Shown one piece after another: positions 22,280 through 33,071 of a DNA stretch of 37,821 bases. The notes under the pieces were generated by a model. That model saw only the letters and a program-made list of their open reading frames with translations. It was not told the DNA's origin and searched no databases. The DNA is from Actinomycetota bacterium (GTDB taxonomy: Bacteria; Actinomycetota; Acidimicrobiia; Spongiisociales; UBA5794). A program made the translations under genes and the position numbers. The stretch is from assembly GCA_034660155.1 (NCBI GenBank), contig JAYEIP010000084.1:1-37821 (forward strand). Direction: 5' to 3'. Position 1 is the first letter of the stretch. Each line of letters starts with the position of its first letter.

Positions 22280-25200
22280 ATGGAGAGGGAGCACGGCCAG
22301 CTTGGGCAGGCACAGGGGCTCTACGACCCTGCCTTCGACCACGATGCCTGCGGCATCGGGTTTGTTGCCGACATCAAGGGCCGCAAGAGCCACGAAATAG
22401 TCACCCAGGGTCTAACGGTGTTGGCGAACCTTACGCACCGTGGCGCGGTCGGGGCCGACCCACTCGCCGGCGATGGTGCCGGGATGCTGATTCAGATCCC
22501 CGATGGATTCTTCCGCCCTGAGATGGCGAGACAGGGAATCGACCTCCCGGATCCCGGTAGCTACGGGGTCGGGATGATTTTCCTCCCGCAAGATCCAGTA
22601 GACCGGATTGTGTGCGAAAACCTGCTTGTGGAACTGGTGATCCGCGAGGGGCAAGAGCTGCTGGGTTGGCGGGACGTCCCGGTGGACTCTTCATGTCTTG
22701 GAGAGAGCGTTAGGCCCATCGAGCCCGTGATGCGTCAACTGTTTGTGGGCCGCGGCGAGAACATCGTCGATGCCGATCATTTCGAGCGCAAGCTGTACAC
22801 CATTCGCAAACAGGCCCACGTGCACCTGGCGAAGCGCGCTCCCTACCTCATCGGGCAGCGTGAGTTCTATGTGACCTCGATGTCGGCTAGGACCATCACG
22901 TACAAGGGCATGATGCTGGCGAAGAATCTCTCCGTGTACTACGAGGACCTTGCCGATGGAAGAGTCGAATCCGCTCTGGCACTCATCCACCAACGATTTT
23001 CCACCAACACGTCCCCGTCGTGGAGGCTCGCGCAGCCGTTCAGGTTCCTGTGCCACAACGGTGAAATCAACACGGTGCAGGGCAACATCAACTGGATGAT
23101 GGCCCGGCGCCAGAACATGTCGTCAGACATCATCGGCGATGACCTGGAGAAGCTGTGGCCGTTGATTGGGGACGGCGCCTCGGACTCGGCGACATTCGAC
23201 AATGCGCTTGAGTTATTGCTGGCCGGCGGGTACTCGCTCGGTCATGCCATGATGCTGATGATCCCTGAGGCCTGGGCGGACAACCCGCTGATGGACAGTG
23301 GCCGCAAGGCGTTTTACGAGTACCACGCCGCGGTGATGGAACCCTGGGACGGTCCCGCGGCCGTGGCCTTCACCGACGGCAGACAGATTGGCGCAACGCT
23401 CGACCGCAACGGCCTTCGCCCGTCGCGGTACTTCATCACCGACGACGATCTTGTTGTCATGGCGTCAGAGATGGGGGTCCTCGATATCCCTGAGGAGAAG
23501 ATCGTCAAGAAGTGGCGTCTCCAGCCCGGCAAGATGTTGCTGATAGACCTCGAACAAGGCCGCATCATTGACGATGCGGAACTAAAGGACGAGCTCTCCG
23601 GGGCCAAGCCTTATCAGCAGTGGCTCGACGAAACGCAGATCCACATTGCCGAGCTTCCGCCAGAGGTCGCGGCCATGGGGCCTGACGCCGAAACCTTGCG
23701 CAATGCGCAGCGGATCTTTGGCTACACCAAAGAGGACATCGAGTTCTTTCTGAAGCCGATGGCAACCGATGGCAAGGACCCGATCGGGTCGATGGGTCGG
23801 GACACGCCGCCGGCGGTGCTGTCGGATCGACCCAAGATGCTTTACGACTACTTCACACAACGATTCGCCCAGGTCACTAATCCTCCGATTGACCCGATCC
23901 GGGAAGAGACGGTGATGTCGTTGGTGTCGCTGATCGGGCCGCGACCCAACCTGCTCGATCTCAACACCGGTGGTACCCACAAAAGGCTCGAGGTAACCCA
24001 TCCGATCCTGACCAACGTCGACCTGGAGCGTATCCGTCGCATCGAGAATCACGTTGACGACGCCTTCCGGACCCGCAAGCTGAGCATCTGCTACCCGGCG
24101 AGTGAAGGCGTTTCGGGTATGCGAGGCGCGCTGGAGCGACTGTGCGATCGGGCCATCGAGACGGTGCGTGCGGGACGCAATATCCTCATCCTATCTGACC
24201 GCTGTGTCGACTCGGAGCGCATAGCCATCCCCGCCCTGCTGGCCACGTCGGCAGTGCACCACCACCTGATCCGGGCTGGTCTCCGCACTGAGGTGGGTCT
24301 GGTTGTCGAGACCGGGGAAGCCCGCCAGGTTCATGACTTCTGTCTGCTTGGCGGCTACGGCGCTGAGGCGATGAACCCTTACCTTGCCATCGACAGCGTC
24401 CATGCTCTCGCCGATGAGCTTCCCGGCGGCCCCTCCCCTGAGGAGGCTGAGAAGCGCTACATCAACGCCATAAACAAGGGGATGCTCAAGGTCATGTCGA
24501 AGATGGGGATCTCGACATTCCAGTCTTACTGCGGCGCCCAGATCTTCGATGCCGTCGGTCTGAGCAGCGAGTTCATCGAATGGTTCTTCACCGGTACGCC
24601 CTCGGTGATCGAGGGTGTCGGTCTCGAAGAGATCGCCGCAGAGACGGTCCGTCGTCATGATGCCGCCGTCGGTGCCAAGACCTACAGCACCGCAGAGCTC
24701 GACGTTGGCGGGGATTACGCCTTCCGGCTGCGCGGCGAGCAGCATGTTTGGAACCCGGAAACTATCTCAACCCTGCAGCACGCGGTTCGCTCTGGCGATT
24801 ACGAACTATTTGAGAACTACACCGGCCTGGTGAATGACCAGACTCGAAAGCTCAAGAACTTGCGTGGGTTGTTCCACCTCGATTTCCTCGACGAACCGAT
24901 CCCGCTCGAGGAGGTGGAGCCAGCCTCTGACATCGTGAAACGGTTTGCCACTGGGGCGATGTCGTTCGGCTCGATCTCATGGGAGGCGCACACCAACCTC
25001 GCGATTGCGATGAACCGCCTTGGGGCCAAATCGAACACGGGTGAAGGTGGGGAAGAGCCGAGTCGTTTTGTGCCCATGGAAAACGGCGACTCGATGCGAT
25101 CGGCGGTCAAACAAGTGGCTTCCGGCCGCTTCGGGGTTACCGCTGAGTATCTGGTGAACGCCGACGACATCCAGATCAAGATGGCACAGGGTGCCAAACC

Positions 25201-26893
25201 CGGTGAAGGCGGCCAGCTTCCCGGCCATAAGGTCAATGAGTGGATTGCCAGGGTGCGGCACTCGACACCGGGAGTCGGGTTGATCTCTCCACCACCGCAC
25301 CACGACATCTATTCGATTGAGGACCTCAAACAGCTGATCCTCGACCTGAAGAACGTCAACCCCCGTGCTCGTATCAGCGTGAAGTTGGTGTCGGAGGTAG
25401 GCGTCGGGACGATCGCCGCAGGCGTTGCGAAAGCTCACGCGGATCACGTTCTCATCTCAGGGAATGAGGGCGGCACCGGCGCCAGCCCGCTCACGTCAGT
25501 AATGCAGGCGGGGTCCCATTGGGAGATTGGTCTTGCCGAGACGCAACATACCCTGGTTGCCAACGGGCTTCGAGGACGGATCGCCGTCCAGGCCGATGGC
25601 GGTATTCGCACCGGCCGGGATGTCGTGATCGCGGCGCTGTTGGGTGCGGATGAGGTCGGCTTCGGTACGGGTGCTCTCATTTCTGAGGGATGCATCATGA
25701 TGCGCAAATGTCATCTCAACACTTGTCCGGTTGGGGTGGCGACCCAGGACCCCGAACTGCGGAAGCTCTTTCCCGGGGAGCCGGAGCACGTCATCAACTT
25801 CTTCATGTTCATTGCACAACAGGCCCGCGAGATCATGGCCAGGCTTGGCTACCGCACCTATGCCGAGATGATCGGCCACAGCGACCGCATCCGCATGAAG
25901 GACGCCATCGAGCATTGGAAAGCACGTGGTTTGGACTTCTCCAAGGTTCTGTTCAAACCGCAACCAGGGCCGGGGATTGCCATCAGCAACACCGAGCGGC
26001 AACAGCACGGCCTGAGCAGAGCCCTCGACAACGCCCTTATCAAGGAAGCGGCTCCGGCCCTGGAGAACCAGACGTCCGTGTCCATTGAGACCGTCGTTGA
26101 TAACACCAACCTCGCCGTTGGTGCGATGTTGTCGGGTGAGGTTGCCGGTCGGTATGGCCATGCCGGTCTCCCCGACAACACAATCCAGATCAAACTCGCT
26201 GGTACTGCCGGGCAGAGCTTTGGAGCGTGGCTGGCACACGGTGTCACGCTCCATCTCGAGGGGGACGCTAACGACTACGTTGGGAAGGGGCTGTCGGGAG
26301 GCCGGATCATCATCGAGGCCGAGCCTACGGGACCGACGGTTCCTCGAGAGAACGTCATCATCGGAAACACGGTGCTTTACGGCGCCATCTCCGGTGACTG
26401 CTATTTCAATGGTGGGGCGGGGGAGAGGTTCGCCGTTCGGAACTCCGGGGCCATCGCGGTTGTGGAGCGGATTGGTGATCACGGTTGTGAGTACATGACC
26501 GGTGGATGTGTGGTTGTGATCGGCAAGGCCGGCAGGAACTTCGGCGCCGGGATGAGCGGTGGAGTTGCCTACGTGATCGATGACGCCGGTGACTTCGACC
26601 AACGGGTTAACCATCAGATGGTCGAGATCGAAAGAGTCGTCATCGACGACGGCCCGCCGCTCGGCGTGCGTGCCAAGCCCACGGCAGAAGAGCTCCTCGC
26701 AAATCCCCTGCGGCACGACGTGTGGCGGCTCAAGACGCTTATCGCTCGTCACGCCAGGCTGACGAATAGTTCACGAGCCGAGGAGATTCTCACCAACTTC
26801 GGTGAGTACCTCCCGCGGTTCTACAAGGTGGTCCCGATTGAGTACCGGCGAGCTCTGCAGGAGCAACGTAGCGCTGTCGTTGGAGGCGTGTGA
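22280..26893 (+). CDS. gltB: Glutamate synthase large subunit
   Basis: 1537 aa. N-terminal amidotransferase Cys in [13 protein letters not shown]. Central and FMN domains with [14 protein letters not shown]-terminal G-rich beta-helix domain ([23 protein letters not shown]). Confidence 0.95.
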   Translation: MEREHGQLGQAQGLYDPAFDHDACGIGFVADIKGRKSHEIVTQGLTVLANLTHRGAVGADPLAGDGAGMLIQIPDGFFRPEMARQGIDLPDPGSYGVGMIFLPQDPVDRIVCENLLVELVIREGQELLGWRDVPVDSSCLGESVRPIEPVMRQLFVGRGENIVDADHFERKLYTIRKQAHVHLAKRAPYLIGQREFYVTSMSARTITYKGMMLAKNLSVYYEDLADGRVESALALIHQRFSTNTSPSWRLAQPFRFLCHNGEINTVQGNINWMMARRQNMSSDIIGDDLEKLWPLIGDGASDSATFDNALELLLAGGYSLGHAMMLMIPEAWADNPLMDSGRKAFYEYHAAVMEPWDGPAAVAFTDGRQIGATLDRNGLRPSRYFITDDDLVVMASEMGVLDIPEEKIVKKWRLQPGKMLLIDLEQGRIIDDAELKDELSGAKPYQQWLDETQIHIAELPPEVAAMGPDAETLRNAQRIFGYTKEDIEFFLKPMATDGKDPIGSMGRDTPPAVLSDRPKMLYDYFTQRFAQVTNPPIDPIREETVMSLVSLIGPRPNLLDLNTGGTHKRLEVTHPILTNVDLERIRRIENHVDDAFRTRKLSICYPASEGVSGMRGALERLCDRAIETVRAGRNILILSDRCVDSERIAIPALLATSAVHHHLIRAGLRTEVGLVVETGEARQVHDFCLLGGYGAEAMNPYLAIDSVHALADELPGGPSPEEAEKRYINAINKGMLKVMSKMGISTFQSYCGAQIFDAVGLSSEFIEWFFTGTPSVIEGVGLEEIAAETVRRHDAAVGAKTYSTAELDVGGDYAFRLRGEQHVWNPETISTLQHAVRSGDYELFENYTGLVNDQTRKLKNLRGLFHLDFLDEPIPLEEVEPASDIVKRFATGAMSFGSISWEAHTNLAIAMNRLGAKSNTGEGGEEPSRFVPMENGDSMRSAVKQVASGRFGVTAEYLVNADDIQIKMAQGAKPGEGGQLPGHKVNEWIARVRHSTPGVGLISPPPHHDIYSIEDLKQLILDLKNVNPRARISVKLVSEVGVGTIAAGVAKAHADHVLISGNEGGTGASPLTSVMQAGSHWEIGLAETQHTLVANGLRGRIAVQADGGIRTGRDVVIAALLGADEVGFGTGALISEGCIMMRKCHLNTCPVGVATQDPELRKLFPGEPEHVINFFMFIAQQAREIMARLGYRTYAEMIGHSDRIRMKDAIEHWKARGLDFSKVLFKPQPGPGIAISNTERQQHGLSRALDNALIKEAAPALENQTSVSIETVVDNTNLAVGAMLSGEVAGRYGHAGLPDNTIQIKLAGTAGQSFGAWLAHGVTLHLEGDANDYVGKGLSGGRIIIEAEPTGPTVPRENVIIGNTVLYGAISGDCYFNGGAGERFAVRNSGAIAVVERIGDHGCEYMTGGCVVVIGKAGRNFGAGMSGGVAYVIDDAGDFDQRVNHQMVEIERVVIDDGPPLGVRAKPTAEELLANPLRHDVWRLKTLIARHARLTNSSRAEEILTNFGEYLPRFYKVVPIEYRRALQEQRSAVVGGV

Positions 26894-28332
26894 TGGGATC
26901 ACCGACAGGATTCCAGGAGATCGACCGTCAAGAACGCGGCCACCTACCGGCCGAAGAACGTCGCACAAATTATCGGGAGTTCTCGATCCCGTTGACGGAT
27001 GAATCGGTGGCCAAGCAAGGCGCCCGTTGCATTGACTGCGGTGTTCCTTATTGCCACTACGGGTGTCCCGTTGACAACATCATTCCGGACTGGAACGACC
27101 TCGTTTACCGCGGGAACTGGCGTGAGGCAATCGAGGTACTGCACTCCACAAATAACTTTCCGGAATTCACCGGCCGGGTCTGTCCGGCACCGTGTGAGGA
27201 GGCTTGCACGCTGAATCTCCACGACGCCCCGGTGACGATCAAGACCATCGAATACTCAATCATCGAGAAGGCCTGGCAGAACCGGTGGATCGAACCCAAA
27301 ATTCCGGGTCGCCGCACCGACAAGCGGGTGGCAGTTGTCGGGTCGGGGCCTTCGGGCTTGGCGGCTGCGCAACAGCTTGCCCGGGCCGGTCATCAGGTTG
27401 AGGTGTACGAGAAGAATGCCAAGATCGGTGGCCTCCTCCGCTACGGCATCCCGGACTTCAAGCTTGCGAAGTCCGCGATCGACCGTCGCTTGGCGCAGAT
27501 GCAGGCCGAAGGCGTGGAGTTTCGTGTCAACAGTCACGTTGGGGTGAATGTGTCCGTGGATCGTCTCGCCGAGAAGTACGACGCGGTCGTGCTGGCTGCT
27601 GGGTGCGAGAGTCCTCGTGACCTGCCTGTTCCGGGGCGCGATCTTCGCGGTGTCCACTATGCAATGCCTTTCCTAACCCAACAGAACCGTCGGATCGGCG
27701 GCGAGTCGCTTGATGACCTGGAGCCTATCTCCGCTGCAGGGAAGCACGTCGTCGTGATTGGTGGGGGAGACACCGGTGCTGACTGTGTCGGGACTTCAAA
27801 CCGGCAGGGTGCCGCTTCGGTTACGCAGTTGGAGCTACTGCCGAGGCCCCCGGACCGTCCCGACAAGATGCTTACCTGGCCCGATTGGCCGACCAGATTG
27901 CGCACTTCCACCTCACATGAAGAGGGGTGCGAGCGGCTGTGGTCGGTCTCGACCAGTTCATTCGAGGGATCGAACGGGCAGGTGAAGGCCTTGCGGGGGA
28001 TCAGCGTTGACTGGAAGCAGGATGGTGACCGCTGGGAGATGACCGAGGTGGCCGGAACCGCGTTTGAGTTGCAGGCCGACCTCGTATTGCTGGCAATGGG
28101 TTTTGTCAGCCCGATCCATGAGGGTCTGATTGAACAGCTCGGTGTGGCTCTCGACCAGCGGGGCAACGTGGATGCGGACACCGATAGTTACTCAACAAGC
28201 GTGCGCGGCGTCTTTGCAGCCGGCGACATGCGCCGCGGCCAATCGCTGGTGGTGTGGGCGATCCGCGAGGGTCGGCAGGCGGCGCGGGCGGTTGACGAGT
28301 TCCTGATGGGCCACAGCGACCTTCCCCGCTGA
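26893..28332 (+). CDS. gltD: Glutamate synthase small subunit (NADPH)
   Basis: Cys clusters [14 protein letters not shown] and CPAPCEEAC. Dinucleotide folds [14 protein letters not shown] and [16 protein letters not shown] at 26893 has GGAGG 6 nt upstream and overlaps the gltB stop (GTG at 26890 is the alternative). Confidence 0.93.
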   Translation: MGSPTGFQEIDRQERGHLPAEERRTNYREFSIPLTDESVAKQGARCIDCGVPYCHYGCPVDNIIPDWNDLVYRGNWREAIEVLHSTNNFPEFTGRVCPAPCEEACTLNLHDAPVTIKTIEYSIIEKAWQNRWIEPKIPGRRTDKRVAVVGSGPSGLAAAQQLARAGHQVEVYEKNAKIGGLLRYGIPDFKLAKSAIDRRLAQMQAEGVEFRVNSHVGVNVSVDRLAEKYDAVVLAAGCESPRDLPVPGRDLRGVHYAMPFLTQQNRRIGGESLDDLEPISAAGKHVVVIGGGDTGADCVGTSNRQGAASVTQLELLPRPPDRPDKMLTWPDWPTRLRTSTSHEEGCERLWSVSTSSFEGSNGQVKALRGISVDWKQDGDRWEMTEVAGTAFELQADLVLLAMGFVSPIHEGLIEQLGVALDQRGNVDADTDSYSTSVRGVFAAGDMRRGQSLVVWAIREGRQAARAVDEFLMGHSDLPR

Positions 28333-28419
28333 CCGTCGTTCGTCGACACGAATGTCACCTGCACAGATGCACCTTGTCTTGATAGATTTTGTTGCAGGAA
28401 CCCAGGAAGGGGGCTTCTG

Positions 28420-29081
28420 TTGAACACCCGAGAACTCTCTGTCGTGGTGTTGTGGCTCGCGGCAGCCCTGTTTGTTGTCGGGTGCGACTCCACTTTCGTT
28501 GGCGGGGAGCGTGGATCAGGGAACGTGGTCTCAGAGGGACGGGATGTATCCGGCTTCGACGAGATCGTGGTGATGGTTAGCGGCAACGTTGTCGTCACGG
28601 TTACCGGAACCGAGTCGCTCACGATCGAGGCGGAGGACAATATCCTGCCGCTACTGACGACCGAGGTTCGTGGCGGTCGTCTCGAGCTCGGCTCAAACTC
28701 GAGCTTCTCGACGACACGCGGGGTCACCTACACGATCACTGCCGTCGCGCTGAAAGGTGTCGAAATCGACGGAAGCGGTGACGTGGCGGCCTCCGGTATC
28801 GATGCCGATTCCTTCGAGGCCACCATCAATGGGTCGGGCAACGTTACAGCTGAGGAACCAGTAGGGACGTCGACATCGAAATCAACGGATCCGGCAACTA
28901 CAACGGTGAAGACCTGACTGCCACCATCGGCATCGTGGAGGTGTCAGGCAGCGGCTCTGCGGTTGTCAACGTCACCGACGAGCTGAGAGCGGACGTCACT
29001 GGCTCGGGCAACGTCGAGTACATCGGCGACCCGTCGCTGGATGAGAGCGTTAGCGGATCAGGTGGCGTGTCGCGGCGCTAA
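28420..29081 (+). pseudogene. DUF2807 (GIN-domain) lipoprotein gene interrupted by a 1-nt frameshift
   Basis: TTG start with GGAAGGGGG upstream and lipobox FVVGC. GSG(N/D)V repeats continue in another frame after ~28854 (GTSRDVDIEINGSGNYNGEDL...VTGSGNVEYIGDPSLDESVSGSGGV, stop at 29079-29081). One extra G in GAGGA (28852-28856) would restore a single ~220-aa frame. Confidence 0.7.
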
Positions 29082-29373
29082 TCCCGACGTCGACCTGAGA
29101 CGTTGGGAACCGGGCGTCTCGGCCTCGGTCTGCCATCCGCTGGCCGTCGTCCTACTGCATCGTGTCTTTCGACTGCGCCGGAGCCGACCGCCGCAAGATG
29201 AGATAGCCAGCGATGCCGGCGACGGCGACCCAAGGCGCAAGGCCTGTGAACGTTCGTCCTCACCTGAGAGAGGTCCCGTCGGACTCGGGGTCGAACGCGC
29301 CACGGCGCTATGGCACTCACTGCCCCAGCGCTGGGAATCGCTGATACTCTTGGCCGAGTGGGAAGGCAGGCGC

Positions 29374-32300
29374 ATGCGGATCGTGCGGATCATTTTCGGG
29401 ATTCTGGGCATCCTCGTCGGAGCGGCGCTGGTCGCAGGAGCAGTGACGACGCTTACTGAGGAACGCGACGCAGACGACTTCTTCGTATCCGATGGCCATC
29501 GCTTCGAGCGATCGTCGTTTGCCATTACGTCCGAGGGGGTGGACGTTCTCGCCGACGCTCCCGGTTGGGTGGCAGACCGGCTGACAGATCCTGTGGACGT
29601 AAGGGTGAGGGGAGCCTCAAATGATGGCTCCAGCCTTTTCCTCGGGATTGCAGCTTCCAAGGATCTCGAGGCTTACCTGGCCGAGGTGCCGTACGACGAG
29701 GTCGAGCAACTCGAATTCGAAGGCTCGCGTATCGACTACGTGCATCACGCCGGCACGTCTGTTCCCGGAGCCCCTGGTACGGAGACGCTGTGGGTGACCT
29801 CGGTCGAAGGCCTCGGTGTCCAGACATTGGACTGGTCTGTGGAGCAAGGCGACTGGACCGTTGTCGTGATGAATGCCGATGGTTCCGCGGGCGTCGACGC
29901 CAACCTTGTGCTCGGCGCCCGGATCTCCAACATCGTCGGGGTGATGTGGGGCGCCCTGGCGCTTGGCTTGATTTCCATGTTGGGCGGCGGTCTTCTCGCG
30001 TTTCGCGGGCTTGGGAAACCGCGGGCCGAGCCCACTGGCGTTTCGGATGATATTCGTGGGAGAAAACGGGACCGGAGAATCGCGCAAGAGAAGGGCGAGA
30101 ATGTGATGGGACAAAGGTTTTTTGAGTGGGTAAATCGTCGCTACGCCCTAATCACGGTTGGTGTTCTCATACTGGCTGTGCTGATGGCCGGTGCGTTTTC
30201 TGCCTTAGGATCCGACGAGGAACCACAATTCGATCCGTCTGGCGAGATCTACGACACCGCCGATCGAGTCGAAGAGGTTTTCGACTTCACCGGGGGGACT
30301 TCGCAGCTTGTCTTTCTGGTTGAGGGCCCCGACGAGGGCGATGTGCTAACGCGCAACGCGTTGCTGGAGTGGAAGACAAATTCGGAGAGACTACGAGCCG
30401 CCACCCGGGATGTCGGCGGGGACCCCCTCAACTCACATCTGACCACCGCGTTCCACAGGGATCTCAACGTCGAGATCGCCAACGTGTACTCAATCGCAGA
30501 TGCCGTTGATGCGGAACTCGCCGGAGGGCTCGAAGGCGCCAGCGACGCCGACGTCAAAGTGGCACTGGCTACGGTGCTGGCACCGAACTCACCGAACGCG
30601 GCTCTGCGGGGCACGTTGTCGCGTCTGACAACGGTGACGCCGGGCACTGTCGCTGGCCAGGAGATTGAGGTCTGGGAGGGCCCCGCTTTCCAGGCGCTGG
30701 TTGTGTACGACCTCGACACGTTTGAAGTAACGACGACGTCCACGGATCAAGATGTCATCGACCAGGAGCGTTTCCTCGAGGTACAGCGTTGGGCACGTCA
30801 AGTGCAGATCGAGCTGCGCGGGGACCAGGAGTACTACACCGCCCTCGGGTTGGGCATCGACATTGACCTAGCGTTTGAGGAGCAGGCGGCAGAAGCCATG
30901 CCGTTCATCCTCGGGGCCGTCGTGGTTATCGTTATCGTCGTCGGTGCTCTACTGCGTTCCTATTGGGCTGCTGTGTATGTGGGCGCTGCTCTCACCGTTT
31001 CGACCATTATCTACAAGGGTATCTGGGCGCTGGTAGGGCTCAAGGGTGGCATGCTGCTCGGGTTCATCGTCCCGATTTCGGTCATCAGCTTTGGTGTCGA
31101 CTTCTTCATCCACGCCATCGGCCGTGCCCGCGAAGCCCAGGTCGAAGGCCACAGTCGTGAACGGGCCTACCCGATAGGCCTGTCTGCGGTAATGCTGGCT
31201 CTGCTGCTGGCGGCATTGTCGTCGTCGGCGGCCTTCCTCTCCAACGCCGTGTCCGGCATCGAGACGATCACCCAATTCGGGGTGGGCGCCGCCATCGCAA
31301 TCCTGGTCGCCTTCGTGGTTCTGGGGTTACTGACGCCAAAGCTGGTCCTGGCGACCGAAGAGGGCATGGGATCGCCTCCTGAGTACCATGGTCCGCGTAT
31401 CCCAACCAAGTTCGGGTTCCTGCTTGCTGCGCTGGTGGCCGGGGTGACGGTGGCCGGCGCAGTGCAATTCCCAACAATCGGGGTTGTCGCTCTACTCGTG
31501 TATGCGACGCTCTTTATCTGGCTGCCGTTCCGGTGGACGCGAAGGCGCAACAAGCGGGCCGCGGACAAAGGCATCGCCCCCGACGACACAATCAAGGGTG
31601 TTGGCCACGGGCTGCACGCCGCCGGCTATGTGGTCCACTTCCTGGCCCGGTGGCGGGTCGTCACCATCCCGGTGGTGGTCGTGCTGGCCGTGGCAGGAGT
31701 GTGGGGGGCGCTTCAGGTCAGGTCGGACTTCTCCTTCACAGATTTCCTGTCGAGTGATTCCGATGCGGTGAAGAGCTTCGAACGCCAAGAGTTCCACTTC
31801 GGTGCTCTGGGGGTCGGTACTGGCTACATCTACGTCGAGGGTGATCTCACCCCTCCGACAACGTTGCAGGCGATGCAGGTGGCGCTCGATGAGGTGACGA
31901 ACTCGGGCGTTGATTTCTCCCGCGATTTCAACGGTGAAGTCGAAGTGGTTCCCAACGCGGTGACCCTGGCACAATTCGCCACGATTTCGGCGGCAGCGGC
32001 CGGTGACGTGGAGGCTGGAACCGGGGTCGAGATCACCGATACCGACGGAGACGGATATCCCGACACCCCGCAGCAAGTTGCGGCCATATATGCCACAGCC
32101 ACCAGGGATGGACTGCGGGATGACACCGGGCAGATCGTTTACACGTCCGAGACCGTCCAGAGGATCCTCTACTTAGATGGTGACACCCAGGGCACGCGGC
32201 TCGAGGTCGTGATCGGCTCGCTCACCGATGGTCCCCTCATTGATGCCAGCCAGGTCGCCCTCGAGGAGGCCGCCGCAAGCCTGACCACGGCAACAGCCGG

Positions 32301-32943
32301 TGCCGACGTCGTCCTGATCAGTGTGTCCGGAGAGCCGATTACGTTCCGCAACACTCTGAACGCGTTCACCAAGTCGATGTTGCTCTCGCTGCCGCTGGCA
32401 TTGGTACTCACGTTCCTGATCGTTGCCTGGATGCTCCGGTCGGTGAGGTACGCGCTGGTGTCGGTGATACCAATCTTGCTGGTTGTCGCGTGGGTATACG
32501 GGTTCATGTATCTCGCCAACTACACCATCAACCCGGTGACGGCGACCATCGCCGCGATCTCGATCGGTGTAGGGATCGACTTCGCGACTCACTTCACCGT
32601 GCGTTTCAGAGAGGAACTCGCCGGCGAGCCCAGCCGCTTCCCCGCGCTACGCCGGGCAGGCGAAGGCACCGGGGGTGCGCTGACGCTGTCGGCGCTCACC
32701 TCGATCGCCGGGTTCACTGTGCTCGGCATGGCGCCGATGCCCATCTTTGCCGTGTACGGCGTACTGACCGCGGTGATGATCGCCCTCGCCGTATTGGTGA
32801 CTCTGCTGGTGTTGCCAAGCCTGTTGTTGTTCGTCACCCCGTCGTTGAAGGGTGAAGAACGTGAACAGCTCGAATGGGAACGCACCCGCGGCGAATGGGT
32901 CTACGAACCACACAAGAGGGAGACGGCTACTCAGGAGAGATAA
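29374..32943 (+). CDS. MMPL/RND-type membrane transporter with in-frame N-terminal two-TM extracytoplasmic domain
   Basis: ATG at 29374 (SD GGAAGG). Residues 1-244 are TM helix, ~190-aa soluble domain, TM helix. From the in-frame ATG at 30106 (MGQRFFEWVNRRYALITVGVLILAV) a 945-aa MMPL-like layout follows: two 6-TM blocks and two large loops. There is no stop between the parts. Confidence 0.75.
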   Translation: MRIVRIIFGILGILVGAALVAGAVTTLTEERDADDFFVSDGHRFERSSFAITSEGVDVLADAPGWVADRLTDPVDVRVRGASNDGSSLFLGIAASKDLEAYLAEVPYDEVEQLEFEGSRIDYVHHAGTSVPGAPGTETLWVTSVEGLGVQTLDWSVEQGDWTVVVMNADGSAGVDANLVLGARISNIVGVMWGALALGLISMLGGGLLAFRGLGKPRAEPTGVSDDIRGRKRDRRIAQEKGENVMGQRFFEWVNRRYALITVGVLILAVLMAGAFSALGSDEEPQFDPSGEIYDTADRVEEVFDFTGGTSQLVFLVEGPDEGDVLTRNALLEWKTNSERLRAATRDVGGDPLNSHLTTAFHRDLNVEIANVYSIADAVDAELAGGLEGASDADVKVALATVLAPNSPNAALRGTLSRLTTVTPGTVAGQEIEVWEGPAFQALVVYDLDTFEVTTTSTDQDVIDQERFLEVQRWARQVQIELRGDQEYYTALGLGIDIDLAFEEQAAEAMPFILGAVVVIVIVVGALLRSYWAAVYVGAALTVSTIIYKGIWALVGLKGGMLLGFIVPISVISFGVDFFIHAIGRAREAQVEGHSRERAYPIGLSAVMLALLLAALSSSAAFLSNAVSGIETITQFGVGAAIAILVAFVVLGLLTPKLVLATEEGMGSPPEYHGPRIPTKFGFLLAALVAGVTVAGAVQFPTIGVVALLVYATLFIWLPFRWTRRRNKRAADKGIAPDDTIKGVGHGLHAAGYVVHFLARWRVVTIPVVVVLAVAGVWGALQVRSDFSFTDFLSSDSDAVKSFERQEFHFGALGVGTGYIYVEGDLTPPTTLQAMQVALDEVTNSGVDFSRDFNGEVEVVPNAVTLAQFATISAAAAGDVEAGTGVEITDTDGDGYPDTPQQVAAIYATATRDGLRDDTGQIVYTSETVQRILYLDGDTQGTRLEVVIGSLTDGPLIDASQVALEEAAASLTTATAGADVVLISVSGEPITFRNTLNAFTKSMLLSLPLALVLTFLIVAWMLRSVRYALVSVIPILLVVAWVYGFMYLANYTINPVTATIAAISIGVGIDFATHFTVRFREELAGEPSRFPALRRAGEGTGGALTLSALTSIAGFTVLGMAPMPIFAVYGVLTAVMIALAVLVTLLVLPSLLLFVTPSLKGEEREQLEWERTRGEWVYEPHKRETATQER

Positions 32944-33071
32944 CGCAACGCTCCCGGGCGGCCGCAGACGACTGCCCGGGATTCCAGTGGATGCGGTTTT
33001 GTACCGGGATCGAAGGTTGAGATGAGCTCAGTTCGACGAAGCCTTCGGCCGGAACGATAGAGTCAGTAGCA

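Noticed and set aside
25496-26752. 418-aa minus-strand ORF inside gltB
   Set aside because: It is antisense to an unambiguous glutamate synthase gene. This is a GC-rich shadow ORF.
29152-29259. Minus-strand frame encoding a TM-anchor-like peptide (GRTFTGLAPWVAVAGIAGYLILRRSAPAQSKDTMQ-stop), reminiscent of a sorting-signal tail
   Set aside because: There is no start codon between the upstream in-frame TGA and the hydrophobic stretch, and it is only ~35 codons long. It could be a gene remnant but cannot be supported as a feature.
29041-29373. Upstream 111 codons of the 1300-aa ORF-track entry
   Set aside because: The ATG at 29041 lies inside the DUF2807 reading frame. The translation (…RRWEPGVSASVCHPLAVVLLHRVFRLRRSRPP…) looks non-coding. 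ATG at 29374, with an SD and a TM-helix N-terminus, is a far better start.
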